From assembly GCA_052146735.1 (NCBI GenBank), contig JBKQMK010000202.1, forward strand, positions 4,633-36,632: a DNA stretch of 32,000 bases, given 5' to 3'. The notes under the pieces were generated by a model. That model was not told the DNA's origin. It searched no databases and saw only the letters and a list, made by a program, of their open reading frames with translations. Numbering within the stretch: the stretch's first letter is position 1; each line of letters begins with the position of its first letter. The DNA comes from Desulfomonilaceae bacterium. Lineage in GTDB: Bacteria > Desulfobacterota > Desulfomonilia > Desulfomonilales > Desulfomonilaceae. This document shows, piece by piece, positions 16,992-27,543 of the stretch. Made by a program: the position numbers and the translations under genes.

Positions 16992-17750
16992 ATGATTGAA
17001 TTGGACGGAGTCGGCATGTGCTATCCAAGCGGAACCGAGGCACTTCGGCCGACATGCCTCAGATTCTACAAGGGACACTTTACCGTGTTGCTGGGGCCGT
17101 CTGGCGCCGGCAAGTCTACACTGCTCCGCTGTCTCAACTTCCTGACCAGGCCTACGTGCGGTCAGGTAGTCATCGAAGGTCTGGGAAAACTCGACTTCAA
17201 CGCGAGAAAACTGCGACAACTCAGAGGCTTCACCGGCATGATTTTCCAACAGCATCAATTGATATCCGGCCAGAGCGCTTTGAAAAACGTTCTGGTGGGC
17301 CGACTCGGAAAATATAGCTCGTTTCGTAGCCTCTTTCCATTGCCAAGGCGTGAACAGGAGTTCGCGTTGGAATGTCTTGAGCGAGTCGGCCTTCTGGATA
17401 AGGCGCTGGAAAGAGTGGACAACCTTAGCGGAGGCGAGCAACAGCGGGTAGGCATAGCACGAGCACTTGCTCAAAAACCCCAGTTGATTCTCGCAGATGA
17501 ACCGGTCGCAAGCCTCGATCCCGGTACGGCTGACAGCGTGCTTTCACTCCTCCATAAGATAACCAAAGAGGATGTCATTCCCGCAATTGTCAGTCTTCAC
17601 CAGGTGGAATGGGCGAAAAAGTACGCTGACCGAATCATAGGACTGTCAGAAGGAGCTGTAGTGTTTGACGGAAGCCCCCAGAGCCTGTCCTCGGACATGC
17701 TCCAGCAGATATATCACGTGAAAAAAGTGAGGATCCCGGCCGCAGCCTGA
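16992..17750 (+). CDS. ptxA: Phosphonate/phosphite ABC transporter ATP-binding protein (PhnC/PtxA-like)
   Basis: LLGPSGAGKSTLLRCLNFLTRP (Walker A), LSGGEQQRVGIARALAQKPQLILADEPVASLDP (signature and Walker B); operon context with PhnD/PhnE/PtxD homologues. Confidence 0.92.
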   Translation: MIELDGVGMCYPSGTEALRPTCLRFYKGHFTVLLGPSGAGKSTLLRCLNFLTRPTCGQVVIEGLGKLDFNARKLRQLRGFTGMIFQQHQLISGQSALKNVLVGRLGKYSSFRSLFPLPRREQEFALECLERVGLLDKALERVDNLSGGEQQRVGIARALAQKPQLILADEPVASLDPGTADSVLSLLHKITKEDVIPAIVSLHQVEWAKKYADRIIGLSEGAVVFDGSPQSLSSDMLQQIYHVKKVRIPAAA

Positions 17751-17815
17751 GTACGAGTGACGAGACACGATTATCGTATTGGGCTGGAGCCGGACTACCC
17801 TTGACTGCCATCTAG

Positions 17816-18703
<888 letters not shown>

Positions 18704-18724
18704 CGACTGCTGGAGCGCTGTTTC

Positions 18725-19522
18725 ATGAATGAACGTTACGACCGGGTACTAATCGAACAACGGAGGCAATGGTATTATTCGGCACTCCAGATCGCCCTGG
18801 TTGCTCCTGTCATCGCAATCTGTTTCTACTATGTAGGGTTGTTTGATCGGAAACGAGTGCTGGACGGCATACCATCTATATTGAGCCTGATCGCTGAAAG
18901 CCTGCCTCCAAATTTCAGTGACCTGCCCAATTGGTTCAAACCTCTTTTGGACACCTTGGCCATGAGCATTGCGGGCACAGCGATAGCAGTGGGATTATCG
19001 CTGCCGCTGGCCTTGCTCGGAGCACGTAATACGTCTCCACACCCACTGGTGTATCAGTTCACCCGAGGCGTGCTTAACGGATTGCGCTCCGTTCCAGAGC
19101 TGATAATGGGCATCATTTTTGTGGCTGCCGTCGGCTTTGGTGCGTTGCCGGGAGTGCTGGCACTGGGCCTTCACTCAGTGGGAATGGTAGGAAAATTCTT
19201 TGCCGAAGCCATTGAGCATGTGGCAGAGGAACCCGTTGAAGCGGTCAAGGCCGTAGGTGCGCGGCCAATGCAGGTTATTCTTCATGCAGTGCTACCACAG
19301 GTCTCGTCGCAAATAGCAGACGTGTCAATCTACCGGTGGGAGTACAATTTTAGGGCGTCGACGGTGATGGGAATGGTCGGAGCAGGCGGCATCGGTTGTG
19401 AATTGATGAGCGCGTTGCGAATCATGCAATATCAGCACGTATCAGCCATTCTGATCGTTATTCTGCTGATGGTCACATTGGTTGATAGCTTTGGCGCCCA
19501 CCTGAGGCAGCGCTTCAAATAG
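18725..19522 (+). CDS. ptxC: Phosphonate/phosphite ABC transporter permease (PhnE/PtxC-like)
   Basis: Multi-TM; TLAMSIAGTAIAVGLSLPLALLGARNTSPHPLVYQFTRGVLNGLRSVPELIMGIIFVAAVGFGALPGVLAL, EAVKAVGARPMQVILHAVLPQ. Confidence 0.92.
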   Translation: MNERYDRVLIEQRRQWYYSALQIALVAPVIAICFYYVGLFDRKRVLDGIPSILSLIAESLPPNFSDLPNWFKPLLDTLAMSIAGTAIAVGLSLPLALLGARNTSPHPLVYQFTRGVLNGLRSVPELIMGIIFVAAVGFGALPGVLALGLHSVGMVGKFFAEAIEHVAEEPVEAVKAVGARPMQVILHAVLPQVSSQIADVSIYRWEYNFRASTVMGMVGAGGIGCELMSALRIMQYQHVSAILIVILLMVTLVDSFGAHLRQRFK

Positions 19523-19542
19523 AGCCCAAAAAGGTCTGATGA

Positions 19543-20529
19543 ATGAAACATCGTGTGGTCATAACATCTTGGGTGCACCAGGAGGTGGTCCAGCTATTAG
19601 AGCAATCGTGCGAAGTCATCCCAAATAACGAGCGGGAGCCTCTGACACGTGAGGAAATCTTGCGACGAACACAAGACGCTCATGCCCTTATGGTCTTTAT
19701 GACAGACAGTATAGACGACGATTTCCTGATTGCCTGCCCGAATCTGAAGATTGTGGCCGCGGCTCTCAAGGGCTACGACAATTTCGATGTGGAAAGTTGC
19801 ACGCGGCGCGGCATTTGGTTCACCATTGTGCCGGACCTCCTCACCATTCCTACGGCAGAACTGGCGGTGGGGCTTCTGATCGGTTTGACGCGGAAGATGC
19901 TCGACGGCGACCGCTTCGTCCGGACAGGTCAGTTCAGAGGCTGGCGCCCCAAGCTTTACGGTACGGGTTTGGCCGGCCGATGTGTGGGAATAGTCGGGAT
20001 GGGGGCTTTGGGCCAGGCGGTCGCAAAACGCCTGGCTGGCTTTGAAATGGAATTGCTCTACACAGATCGAGTCCCTTTACCAGAGCGACAAGAACAAGCC
20101 TGGGGCCTCAGTCGCGTTTCTATGGAAAGTCTTTTGGGACGAAGCGATTTTGTGCTCTTATCCGTACCACTGACTCCTGATACCCTTTGCTTTATCGATG
20201 ACAAGGCCCTTGCCAAAATGAGGCCGGGCAGCTTCCTTGTCAATGTATGTCGGGGGTCTGTGGTGGATGAGGAGGCTGTTGTGTCGGCGTTGGCCTCCGG
20301 GCATCTTGCAGGATACGCGGCCGATGTATTCGAGTTCGAAGACTGGGCCAGGAAGGACGCTCCATCGGGTATCTCCCGGTCGCTTCTCGAAGAGGGCACC
20401 ACCTTTTTCACTCCCCACCTCGGTTCGGCTGTGGACGACGTGCGCCGTGAAATTGCATTGGAAGCCGCACGCAACATTCTGCAAGCATTCGCCGGAACCA
20501 AACCCGAGGGTGCCATAAATCGACTATAG
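19543..20529 (+). CDS. ptxD: Phosphite (phosphonate) dehydrogenase, NAD-dependent D-2-hydroxyacid dehydrogenase family
   Basis: Strong motif-by-motif resemblance to remembered PtxD: [136 protein letters not shown]. Last gene of a phnCDE-like operon. Confidence 0.93.
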   Translation: MKHRVVITSWVHQEVVQLLEQSCEVIPNNEREPLTREEILRRTQDAHALMVFMTDSIDDDFLIACPNLKIVAAALKGYDNFDVESCTRRGIWFTIVPDLLTIPTAELAVGLLIGLTRKMLDGDRFVRTGQFRGWRPKLYGTGLAGRCVGIVGMGALGQAVAKRLAGFEMELLYTDRVPLPERQEQAWGLSRVSMESLLGRSDFVLLSVPLTPDTLCFIDDKALAKMRPGSFLVNVCRGSVVDEEAVVSALASGHLAGYAADVFEFEDWARKDAPSGISRSLLEEGTTFFTPHLGSAVDDVRREIALEAARNILQAFAGTKPEGAINRL

Positions 20530-20802
20530 AATTCGCCAAATATAATGTCCGAGACTGAAGGTAACTCGGCGGGGGGAGCATCTTACAGACCCTGAACGGC
20601 TGTATGGACATCTCGCCTTTCCGCGGCGGACCTGAAGATGCCTGCCCATCTGCTGCTGATCGGATCAAGGGCGGGTATGGAATCCGCCCTCACCACGTAT
20701 TGTGCTACTGTCCTGATACGTCTGCGAATTTTGAGACAGTTTCAGATGCCGGTACCACCGGGAACAAAGCGTCATTTACTTGGAAGCGAAGTGGCATCAA
20801 CC

Positions 20803-21123
20803 TCATTGTTGCTGCCTCCACCAGATTCTGACCCTCGTAGCTACCAGCCAGACGATCCCGAAAACGAACAGCAGAGCGCCCAGACCTGACGACAGCATTA
20901 TGAGAAAACCCATCGCCGCCAGTATAGATGCGAGAATGACGTGGATTCTCAGATCGGTCCTAATCCGTTGTCTCCCCAGTAGTCCATTATCTGAAGCGGT
21001 CACCGCCTGGCTTTGCACCAGGGGGCCGAAACCGTGCTCGTCGCGCCCACAATGAAGACATACTTTTGCTTCCGCTGGTTTATCACCAAAACAGTGCGGA
21101 CACTTAACCATGTCTGCAGACAT
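20803..21123 (-). CDS. Small zinc-ribbon membrane protein
   Basis: MSADMVKCPHCFGDKPAEAKVCLHCGRDEHGF (two CxxC pairs) then two hydrophobic segments; RBS gggagtg. Confidence 0.7.
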   Translation of the reverse strand: MSADMVKCPHCFGDKPAEAKVCLHCGRDEHGFGPLVQSQAVTASDNGLLGRQRIRTDLRIHVILASILAAMGFLIMLSSGLGALLFVFGIVWLVATRVRIWWRQQQ

Positions 21124-21204
21124 AAAATCACTCCCTTCACCAAGCTGGCAGTAAACCTGGGAGAACAGGGCAGGGCGCTAACTCACGCCTCACCATATTA
21201 CCGC

Positions 21205-21624
21205 TTATAATAGGTCCGAGGTGGTTTTGTGCGGTTTCACCGGCTTCTCTTCTTCGACTCTTTTCCGCTGTTTCTGCGCGCGTGGTGGAGGCTTCGCGCG
21301 GCCACCTCTGGCGCGCTCCTCCACAGCTCTGACTCTTGCGGTAGCTACTTCTTCAGTCGGCTCGTCCTTTTTCGTCCTCCGGGCCGACGCCGGCCGGGTT
21401 GCTTCTATCCCCTTTGCCTTTTCTCTCCCCGGCCCCTCGGTAGCATCGCCGAGAATCTGCCGACCAGTTTCATAAAGCATGAATCCGCCCTTTAGAACAG
21501 CCTTCAACACGGGCCTGGTAGCAGACCATGCCAATGGTATAACTAGAGGCGCCGCAAGCAGGCCAGCTCCCACCGCGACGCCAGTCCATAAATCACCTTT
21601 TGGTCTGAAATCCCAAATTGCCAT
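21205..21624 (-). CDS. DUF5132-like glycine-rich membrane-anchor protein with long charged basic C-terminus
   Basis: MAIWDFRPKGDLWTGVAVGAGLLAAPLVIPLAWSATRPVLKAVLKGGFMLYETGRQI... Paralogue at 27544-27810 (MAIWDYRPKADLWTGLAIGVGLLVAPVVIPM). RBS gaaggagg. Confidence 0.75.
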   Translation of the reverse strand: MAIWDFRPKGDLWTGVAVGAGLLAAPLVIPLAWSATRPVLKAVLKGGFMLYETGRQILGDATEGPGREKAKGIEATRPASARRTKKDEPTEEVATARVRAVEERARGGRAKPPPRAQKQRKRVEEEKPVKPHKTTSDLL

Positions 21625-21769
21625 TTTCAGCGCCCCTCCTTCTATGCTGTTTTTGACACCGTGGCGCCATCTTCTTGTCTCCCCCTATCCTGAGCCTGTG
21701 GTCTTATCCTCCCGATGTCAAGTTAGAGTTTCATCAACGAGTGATAATTGTGACGCCGAATCAAACCGC

Positions 21770-21952
21770 TCAATCATCGACTGACTCCGTTTCAGCGATC
21801 GAACTTATTTCGCTCGCCGCCTCCTCTATCGTCTTTATCTCCTTCAGAGTAGCCTCATCCAAGAGGCCGTAGGCATCGATGAACTTTTCCAAGTAGTCAA
21901 CGATCACTTTGCCGAGATGCATCCCAACGGAGAGTCCGACCCAAAACTCCAT
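21770..21952 (-). CDS. Small hypothetical protein of the HMA/DUF5132 cluster
   Basis: MEFWVGLSVGMHLGKVIVDYLEKFIDAYGLLDEATLKEIKTIEEAASEISSIAETESVDD; GGAGGAG RBS 7 nt upstream of ATG 21952. Confidence 0.6.
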   Translation of the reverse strand: MEFWVGLSVGMHLGKVIVDYLEKFIDAYGLLDEATLKEIKTIEEAASEISSIAETESVDD

Positions 21953-22115
21953 GACGTTTCTCCTCCGGGCCAAACATTCAAGACCGGCCCCATCCTATCT
22001 GTTATTCCCAAGCCCATCAAGCCTCATGAGAATGCCCTTCGGACCGCGACAACCGCCTGCAAGCAAAAACTCCAGAACTGACTGTAATCCCCAAAAATGC
22101 CTCCACATTAACATT

Positions 22116-22140
22116 TAATTTGTTGCTAATACTCTCCTAA
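22116..22140 (+). promoter_or_regulatory. Candidate PHO-box-like repeats upstream of HMA-like gene
   Basis: TAA cores at 22116, 22127 and 22138 (taatttgttgctaatactctcctaac), with TTATAAC about 20 bp downstream as candidate -10. Confidence 0.6.
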
Positions 22141-22234
22141 CATGTGGTAGGCAATTCTTATAACAGATGCGTGCAACAAGAGCCTCCGTGGAAAGGTTGC
22201 CGCCCTGCTCGTCAAAATCGAAAAGGAGAAACGC

Positions 22235-22606
22235 ATGGGCTACTATCTCCACGAGGTGCCGGGTCGTCTGAGAATACAGATTTCATCTCTGAAGAGAAAT
22301 TCCCAGCGCGCACAGGAGGTTCAGGATCTCCTGGAGGATCTCTCCGGCATCAAATCAACCTCTGTGAACACCGTTACAGGCAGCGTAATAGTTCATTATG
22401 ATCCGGACATCGTGCATTCCAGGACCATTCTGACTCTTCTTTCCCGGGAAGAGTATATTGACGTCGCAAGAGCGGTCTCAAGCCATCAATATGTGGAAAC
22501 AACTCTTTCCAAAGCAGGTCACCTCGCGTCCAAGGCCCTTCTCGGATTTGCGTTGGACCGAGCTTTGCAGGGCTCCCCGCTATCTATTCTCGCCGCTTTC
22601 ATCTAG
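22235..22606 (+). CDS. HMA-like fold protein lacking CxxC (HMA_2-type)
   Basis: MGYYLHEVPGRLRIQISSLKRNSQRAQEVQDLLEDLSGIKSTSVNTVTGSVIVHYDPD: beta-alpha-beta-beta ferredoxin-like pattern; RBS aaaaggag. Confidence 0.75.
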   Translation: MGYYLHEVPGRLRIQISSLKRNSQRAQEVQDLLEDLSGIKSTSVNTVTGSVIVHYDPDIVHSRTILTLLSREEYIDVARAVSSHQYVETTLSKAGHLASKALLGFALDRALQGSPLSILAAFI

Positions 22607-22641
22607 AGTTCGCCAGAAAATATCTGAAACCTACCCCACTA

Positions 22642-23832
22642 CTAGGTTTTGAGAATATCCGCTTTGTCAGTCGCCTCCCACGGCAAGTCCATATCTGTCC
22701 GACCGAAATGACCGTAGGCGGCAAGTCTGCGATAAAATCCTCCCTTAGACTTGGAAGGCAGCCTAATCAAGTCGAACTGTTTGATGATCCCGCCCAGCCT
22801 AAAATCAAAATTCTTTTCCACCAGAGCACTGATTTCATCATCGGAGATCTTGCCCGTTCCCATGGTCTCCACCTGGATGCTCACCGGGCCCGCGAGGCCG
22901 ATTGAATAGCTGAGTTGAACCTCGCACTGGTCAGCCAACCCTGCGGCAACAATGTTCTTGGCTGCGTAGCGGGCTGCATAGGCCCCGACCCTGTCAATTC
23001 TCAACGGATCTTTTCCGCTCAGAGCGGACCCGCCGTTTCTCGAATACCCACCGTATGTGTCAATTGCGTTCTTTCTGCCCGTAAGACCCGAGTGCACGGA
23101 CGGCCCGCCCAATTTCAGAGGACCCCCCGGGTTTATTAATATTCTGGTTTTTTTGTCCGGGCCTATGGGCTCACCCTCAAATACCGCCTGTACAACCGCC
23201 TCCATCACGTCCTCTCGGAGACGCTCCGGTTTGGGGTAGGTCCGATCGTTCTGGCTTGAATTGATCGTGATGCTGTGGATTCTGCGAGGCACTCGATTAC
23301 GGTATTCCACACCGACCTGTGTGGTGCCGTCAGGCGCCAGATACGGCAACACGCCCTGCAGGCGCACTTCGGAAAGTCTTCGCGAAATCTTGTGCGCAAG
23401 CCATATCGGGAGTGGCAAGAGTGTAGGTGATTGATTGCACGCAAAACCGAAAAGAGTGACTTGATCGTATGCCACGATTCCGTCAATGTCTTTCTCGGAA
23501 GCTTCTTTTTCGTCAACCAGACAAGGATGCTCCGGCGTCATTTCTTTTAGGCTGGTTAGTATACTGCACGTTTTAAAGTTGAATTCATGGTCAATGTAGC
23601 CGATTTTTCGGATGACCTTTCTGGCTACGTTCGGAAAGTCCACCTTGACCTCCGATGCAAACCTGGCAGCGATGAAAACCAGGGAGAGCGACACCGCACA
23701 TTCGGCGATAATCCTGGCACAGACGTCACGTTCGAGAAAGCGGTCTACAATAGCATCGCTTATTTGATCGCACAGTTTATCGGGATGTCCTTCGGTAACC
23801 GATTCTGACGTGTGTATGAAGTCTTTTTTCAT
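22642..23832 (-). CDS. Divergent S-adenosylmethionine synthetase (MetK-like) with altered active-site motifs
   Basis: FIHTSESVTEGHPDKLCDQISDAIVD, GLTGRKNAIDTYGG, SALSGKDPLRIDRVGAYAARYAAKNIVAAGLADQCEVQLSYSIGLAGPVSIQVETMGT, AAYGHFGR. Start codon overlaps ATPase stop (ATGA, 23829-23832). Confidence 0.92.
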   Translation of the reverse strand: MKKDFIHTSESVTEGHPDKLCDQISDAIVDRFLERDVCARIIAECAVSLSLVFIAARFASEVKVDFPNVARKVIRKIGYIDHEFNFKTCSILTSLKEMTPEHPCLVDEKEASEKDIDGIVAYDQVTLFGFACNQSPTLLPLPIWLAHKISRRLSEVRLQGVLPYLAPDGTTQVGVEYRNRVPRRIHSITINSSQNDRTYPKPERLREDVMEAVVQAVFEGEPIGPDKKTRILINPGGPLKLGGPSVHSGLTGRKNAIDTYGGYSRNGGSALSGKDPLRIDRVGAYAARYAAKNIVAAGLADQCEVQLSYSIGLAGPVSIQVETMGTGKISDDEISALVEKNFDFRLGGIIKQFDLIRLPSKSKGGFYRRLAAYGHFGRTDMDLPWEATDKADILKT

Positions 23833-26800
23833 TTGCTTTGCACCGCTCCGCCTTTCGTGGCTTCAGTAATGAGTAGAGGAGCCAAGGAGGCAACCCCGAT
23901 CACGAGTGCGTCAAAGGCGCCCACCGGGGTTGTACCGAGCAAACTTCTCAGTCCGGGAACAAGGAAAGTGCCCAATTGTAACCCGAGCGAACCGATGACC
24001 GCTATGTTCAGGTACTTGTTGGGAGCCGCTTTCTCCGCATCGAATATGCTGCGGTGTTCCGAACGACAACTTATCGCGTGCAGGATCTGTGATGTCGTAA
24101 GGCTTTGAAACGCTAATGTTCCCGCTGCGGGACCCATGCCGTATCTCATGACCCCGTAGCCGTACGCTGCCAGTGAAGCCGTTGTCATTGTTGCCGCTTC
24201 GAAGGTTATTCTTTTAAAATCCTCCGTTTTGACAATGGGCTCCATAGGGTCCCGGGGGGGCTGGTTCATCACGTCCGGTTCGGCCGGTTCCAGAGCCAAA
24301 GCAAGGCCGGGAAATATATCGGAAACAAGGTTGATCCAGAGTAGTTGCATAGCATTAATGGGGTATCCCAATCCCAGGGCGCCTGCTATGAACATCACCT
24401 GGATTTCGCTGAAATTGGTGGCGAGAAGATAGTGGAGCGTTTTCCTGATATTGTTATAAATGGTTCGGCCATCGCTTATGGCAATAATCAGGGTTTCAAG
24501 GTCATCTTCCTCCAGTACCACGTCAGCCACATCACGAGCCACATCAGTGCCGGCCCGCCCCATGGCTATGCCGACGTCGGCTGCCTTGAGAGCAGGTCCG
24601 TCATTGATACCGTCGCCGGTCATGGCTACAACTTTGCCGGTGCTCTGAAGAGCTTGGACGATCTGGAGCTTGTTCGATGGGCTGACCCTTGAAAAGACGT
24701 GGACCTCGCTGCTCAGGGCTTTCAAGACGGCAGGATCGGTGCTTGTGAGATGTGTCGAATCGAGAATCTCTAATGACCCTCCATTATTAAGCCCCAACTC
24801 TTTGCCTACTGCATAAGCCGTGGGGCTCTGGTCCCCCGTGATCATTACCGTTTCGAGACCGGCCTTATGAAACATTGCGATGGATTCTTTTACCCGTTCC
24901 CTTATAGGGTCGGCCATGCCAACGAGCCCCAGCCAGGTAAAACCATTTTCGTTCTCCAACTGCTCTTCGCCATTCCGGATCGCGTACGCGACGCCAAGGA
25001 CCCGCAAAGCCTTGCCCGCCATCGCGTCATTTTCAGCATCAATGAGGTCTCTGTCTTCGTCACTAAGAGGGACTGTTGTCCCGTCCTTAATTTGATGGCC
25101 GCATTTAGCCAGAACTTCCGCAGGGCTTCCTTTCATAGCAACCAATCTGGTGTTATCCACAGACCCGTGTACAGTGCTCATGAATTGGCGATTATCGGAC
25201 CGGTAGTTAGTATCCATCAACGGGTGCTGCTCTCTCAAAGCGCGAACATCCACACCTGCGCTTATGGCCATGTGAATCAGAGCGTTCTCGGTCGCAGAGC
25301 CGTTCAACACATGTTGGCGCTTCCTCGTCTCTATTTGGGTCTCGTTGCACAGCACGCAGACATGAATAAGTTTCAAGACCTCGTCAGAGTTGCAGGGATC
25401 TAAAGTCCCTGCCGTGCCATAGAAGAGACCCTCCTTTATTTCTATGCGCTCCATCCCGGAATAGATTCTTAGGACCGACATCTTGTTATGCGTTATGGTG
25501 CCAGTCTTGTCGAAACATATCGTCTGGACCGAGCCGAGCGTGCATATTGCATCGAGATTCCGGATCAGGACTTTGTGCCGTCTCATGTTCTTGATCCCGA
25601 GCGCAAGCGTGGTCGTTGCAACAGCCGGCAGACCTTCCGGAACAGCCGCAACCGCAAGAGAAATTGCCGTCTTCAACATCTGGAGAAACCCGTTCCCGCG
25701 GACGAGGCCGATGAAGAAAACTAACCCGCAAACAGCGCCGGAGATTAAAACCAGTTGATCGCCTATTGTGCTTAACTGTCTCTCAATGGGCGTCTCAGGG
25801 GCTTCGGCCTCGCCAACAAGGCACTGGATTTTCCCCATTTCTGACAATCGACCGATGGCTACCACAACTCCCAGGCCCTGGCCTCCTGTAATCAAGGTGC
25901 CCGAGTAGATCATGTTGGTGCGATCTGCAAGAGGAATCCTTGAGCCTTTGAGCGGCAATGCAATCTTGCTAACAGGCATGCTTTCGCCTGTGAGCACCGA
26001 TTCGTCGGCAGTCAAATGACCGGCCTCCACCAGCCTCGCGTCGGCAGTGACGTAGGTCCCGGGCTTGAGCACAAGAATGTCTCCCACCAGAACCTGCTCC
26101 GCGGGTATTTCCAGCGAGCTTCCATCTCGCATTACCTGGGCGTAAGGGCGGATCAGCTTCTTCAGTGAATTAATGGTCTTTTCTGCCTCACTTTCTGTAA
26201 CATAGCCAATTACCGCGTTGATGCCAACCACGGCCATAATTACAACGGCGTCAGCCAGGCCCCCGGTAACCACGGAGAGGCCGGCAGCGGCAGCCAGCAA
26301 CCCAACGGGGAGAGACATGAACTGGTCGATAAAGATCGCCCACTTGGAGCGAGAAAGCGCCTCAGGGACAACATTGAGGCCGTATTTGCTAAGGCTGGTC
26401 TTGGCTGCTTCGGCTGACAGTCCTTTTTTCTTTGAGGAATTCAGCGACGCAAGCACGAATTTGGCGTCCATTAAGTGCCAGGGCTTGGTCTCCTGCTCTC
26501 TCGTAGCAAGAAAATACGGCTCATCTTTCTTGCCGCGGGTGACCCTGAGCTCGGTTACACGGGCGGGGACGCTCTGTGGAAAAAGGCCCGAACCATTCTC
26601 TCCCTGAGACGCTTCTAGCTCTTGCTGGTAAGTTACAGCGATCTGCTCCACGTGCGAAGCGATCTTGCGGGGGTTGCAGTCGGGATCAAAGGTAATAAGG
26701 ACGTTTCCGGTCAGAATGTTGGCAGAAACTTCACCCACCTCCGGGACTTCCAAAAGCAACATTTCCAGTCGGTATTTGAGTGACACTGAACGGTAGAGGC

Positions 26801-26855
26801 CCCTGACCCTGTACCTCCCTCTACCTCTGACGGAGCTATGGATTTGTTTCACCAA
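23829..26855 (-). CDS. Cation-translocating P-type ATPase (PacL/type II-like) with N-terminal HMA-like domain
   Basis: DKTGTIT (ICFDKTGTITHNKMS), TADESVLTGESMPVSK, AAVPEGLPAVATTTLALGIKNMRRHKVLIRNLDAICTLGS, VAMTGDGINDGPALKAADVGIAMG, LVSDIFPGLALALEP; N-term YRVRGLYRSVSLKYRLEMLLLEVPEVGEVSANILTGNVLITFDPD. Confidence 0.95.
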   Translation of the reverse strand: MVKQIHSSVRGRGRYRVRGLYRSVSLKYRLEMLLLEVPEVGEVSANILTGNVLITFDPDCNPRKIASHVEQIAVTYQQELEASQGENGSGLFPQSVPARVTELRVTRGKKDEPYFLATREQETKPWHLMDAKFVLASLNSSKKKGLSAEAAKTSLSKYGLNVVPEALSRSKWAIFIDQFMSLPVGLLAAAAGLSVVTGGLADAVVIMAVVGINAVIGYVTESEAEKTINSLKKLIRPYAQVMRDGSSLEIPAEQVLVGDILVLKPGTYVTADARLVEAGHLTADESVLTGESMPVSKIALPLKGSRIPLADRTNMIYSGTLITGGQGLGVVVAIGRLSEMGKIQCLVGEAEAPETPIERQLSTIGDQLVLISGAVCGLVFFIGLVRGNGFLQMLKTAISLAVAAVPEGLPAVATTTLALGIKNMRRHKVLIRNLDAICTLGSVQTICFDKTGTITHNKMSVLRIYSGMERIEIKEGLFYGTAGTLDPCNSDEVLKLIHVCVLCNETQIETRKRQHVLNGSATENALIHMAISAGVDVRALREQHPLMDTNYRSDNRQFMSTVHGSVDNTRLVAMKGSPAEVLAKCGHQIKDGTTVPLSDEDRDLIDAENDAMAGKALRVLGVAYAIRNGEEQLENENGFTWLGLVGMADPIRERVKESIAMFHKAGLETVMITGDQSPTAYAVGKELGLNNGGSLEILDSTHLTSTDPAVLKALSSEVHVFSRVSPSNKLQIVQALQSTGKVVAMTGDGINDGPALKAADVGIAMGRAGTDVARDVADVVLEEDDLETLIIAISDGRTIYNNIRKTLHYLLATNFSEIQVMFIAGALGLGYPINAMQLLWINLVSDIFPGLALALEPAEPDVMNQPPRDPMEPIVKTEDFKRITFEAATMTTASLAAYGYGVMRYGMGPAAGTLAFQSLTTSQILHAISCRSEHRSIFDAEKAAPNKYLNIAVIGSLGLQLGTFLVPGLRSLLGTTPVGAFDALVIGVASLAPLLITEATKGGAVQSK

Positions 26856-26993
26856 CTCGGTTAGCCTCTAAGGCGCAACAGTACACTTCCGCGCCGGAAC
26901 GCAGTACGTCACGCCGAAATTTGCCCTCTGCTTCATCAAAAAGGGGTTTAAGTTAATCTATTTATCGCAACACCGAGGGTTGGGACGTGGATA

Positions 26994-27515
26994 TCAATCT
27001 CCGTCCGCATCATCAAGTTCTGCCCCCAGATCTTCCCCCTCGTCCCATTCATCGATCTGCGCTCGAGTAAATACGCCAAGCGCGTAGTAGAAAGCTGTGT
27101 ACCATGCGGGCATGGCCAAATTTCCTCGCGCAATCTGCCAGATCCCGGAAGTTACCAAACTCACAAAAATCAGGCTGGGGATATCTACTTCGCCGCCGGT
27201 CAAATGCTTGAGGCTTTGGTTATACCCCTGAAAAGTATCAGCCACGTTGCCAAACAGACTCTTCCGGCGCGGGGCGGATCGCTTCAAGAGAAACAAGTTA
27301 TGTTCCCTGGCAAACTCGACTATGGTCTTCCTTTGACATTCGTAGGAAATCAGGGCGCTCCCCGTCTGCGGATTCACCCTGATTTCGCCCACGCCGGGAC
27401 AGCCTGAAAGTCGCTCCCGCAGAGTGGAAAAATAGGAAACCTCTCCCCTCTTGGAAGGAATTTTGATCCTGAGCCTACGGGCCATCCCATGGGACACATG
27501 AGCATCGGGAATCAT
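26994..27515 (-). CDS. HMA-like domain protein (CxxC-less) with C-terminal hydrophobic segments
   Basis: MARRLRIKIPSKRGEVSYFSTLRERLSGCPGVGEIRVNPQTGSALISYE... then IPSLIFVSLVTSGIWQIARGNLAMPAWYTAFYYALGVFTRAQ; RBS gggagg. Confidence 0.75.
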   Translation of the reverse strand: MIPDAHVSHGMARRLRIKIPSKRGEVSYFSTLRERLSGCPGVGEIRVNPQTGSALISYECQRKTIVEFAREHNLFLLKRSAPRRKSLFGNVADTFQGYNQSLKHLTGGEVDIPSLIFVSLVTSGIWQIARGNLAMPAWYTAFYYALGVFTRAQIDEWDEGEDLGAELDDADGD

Positions 27516-27543
27516 TCGCCCTCCCTTTGCGATGTCTGATCCT

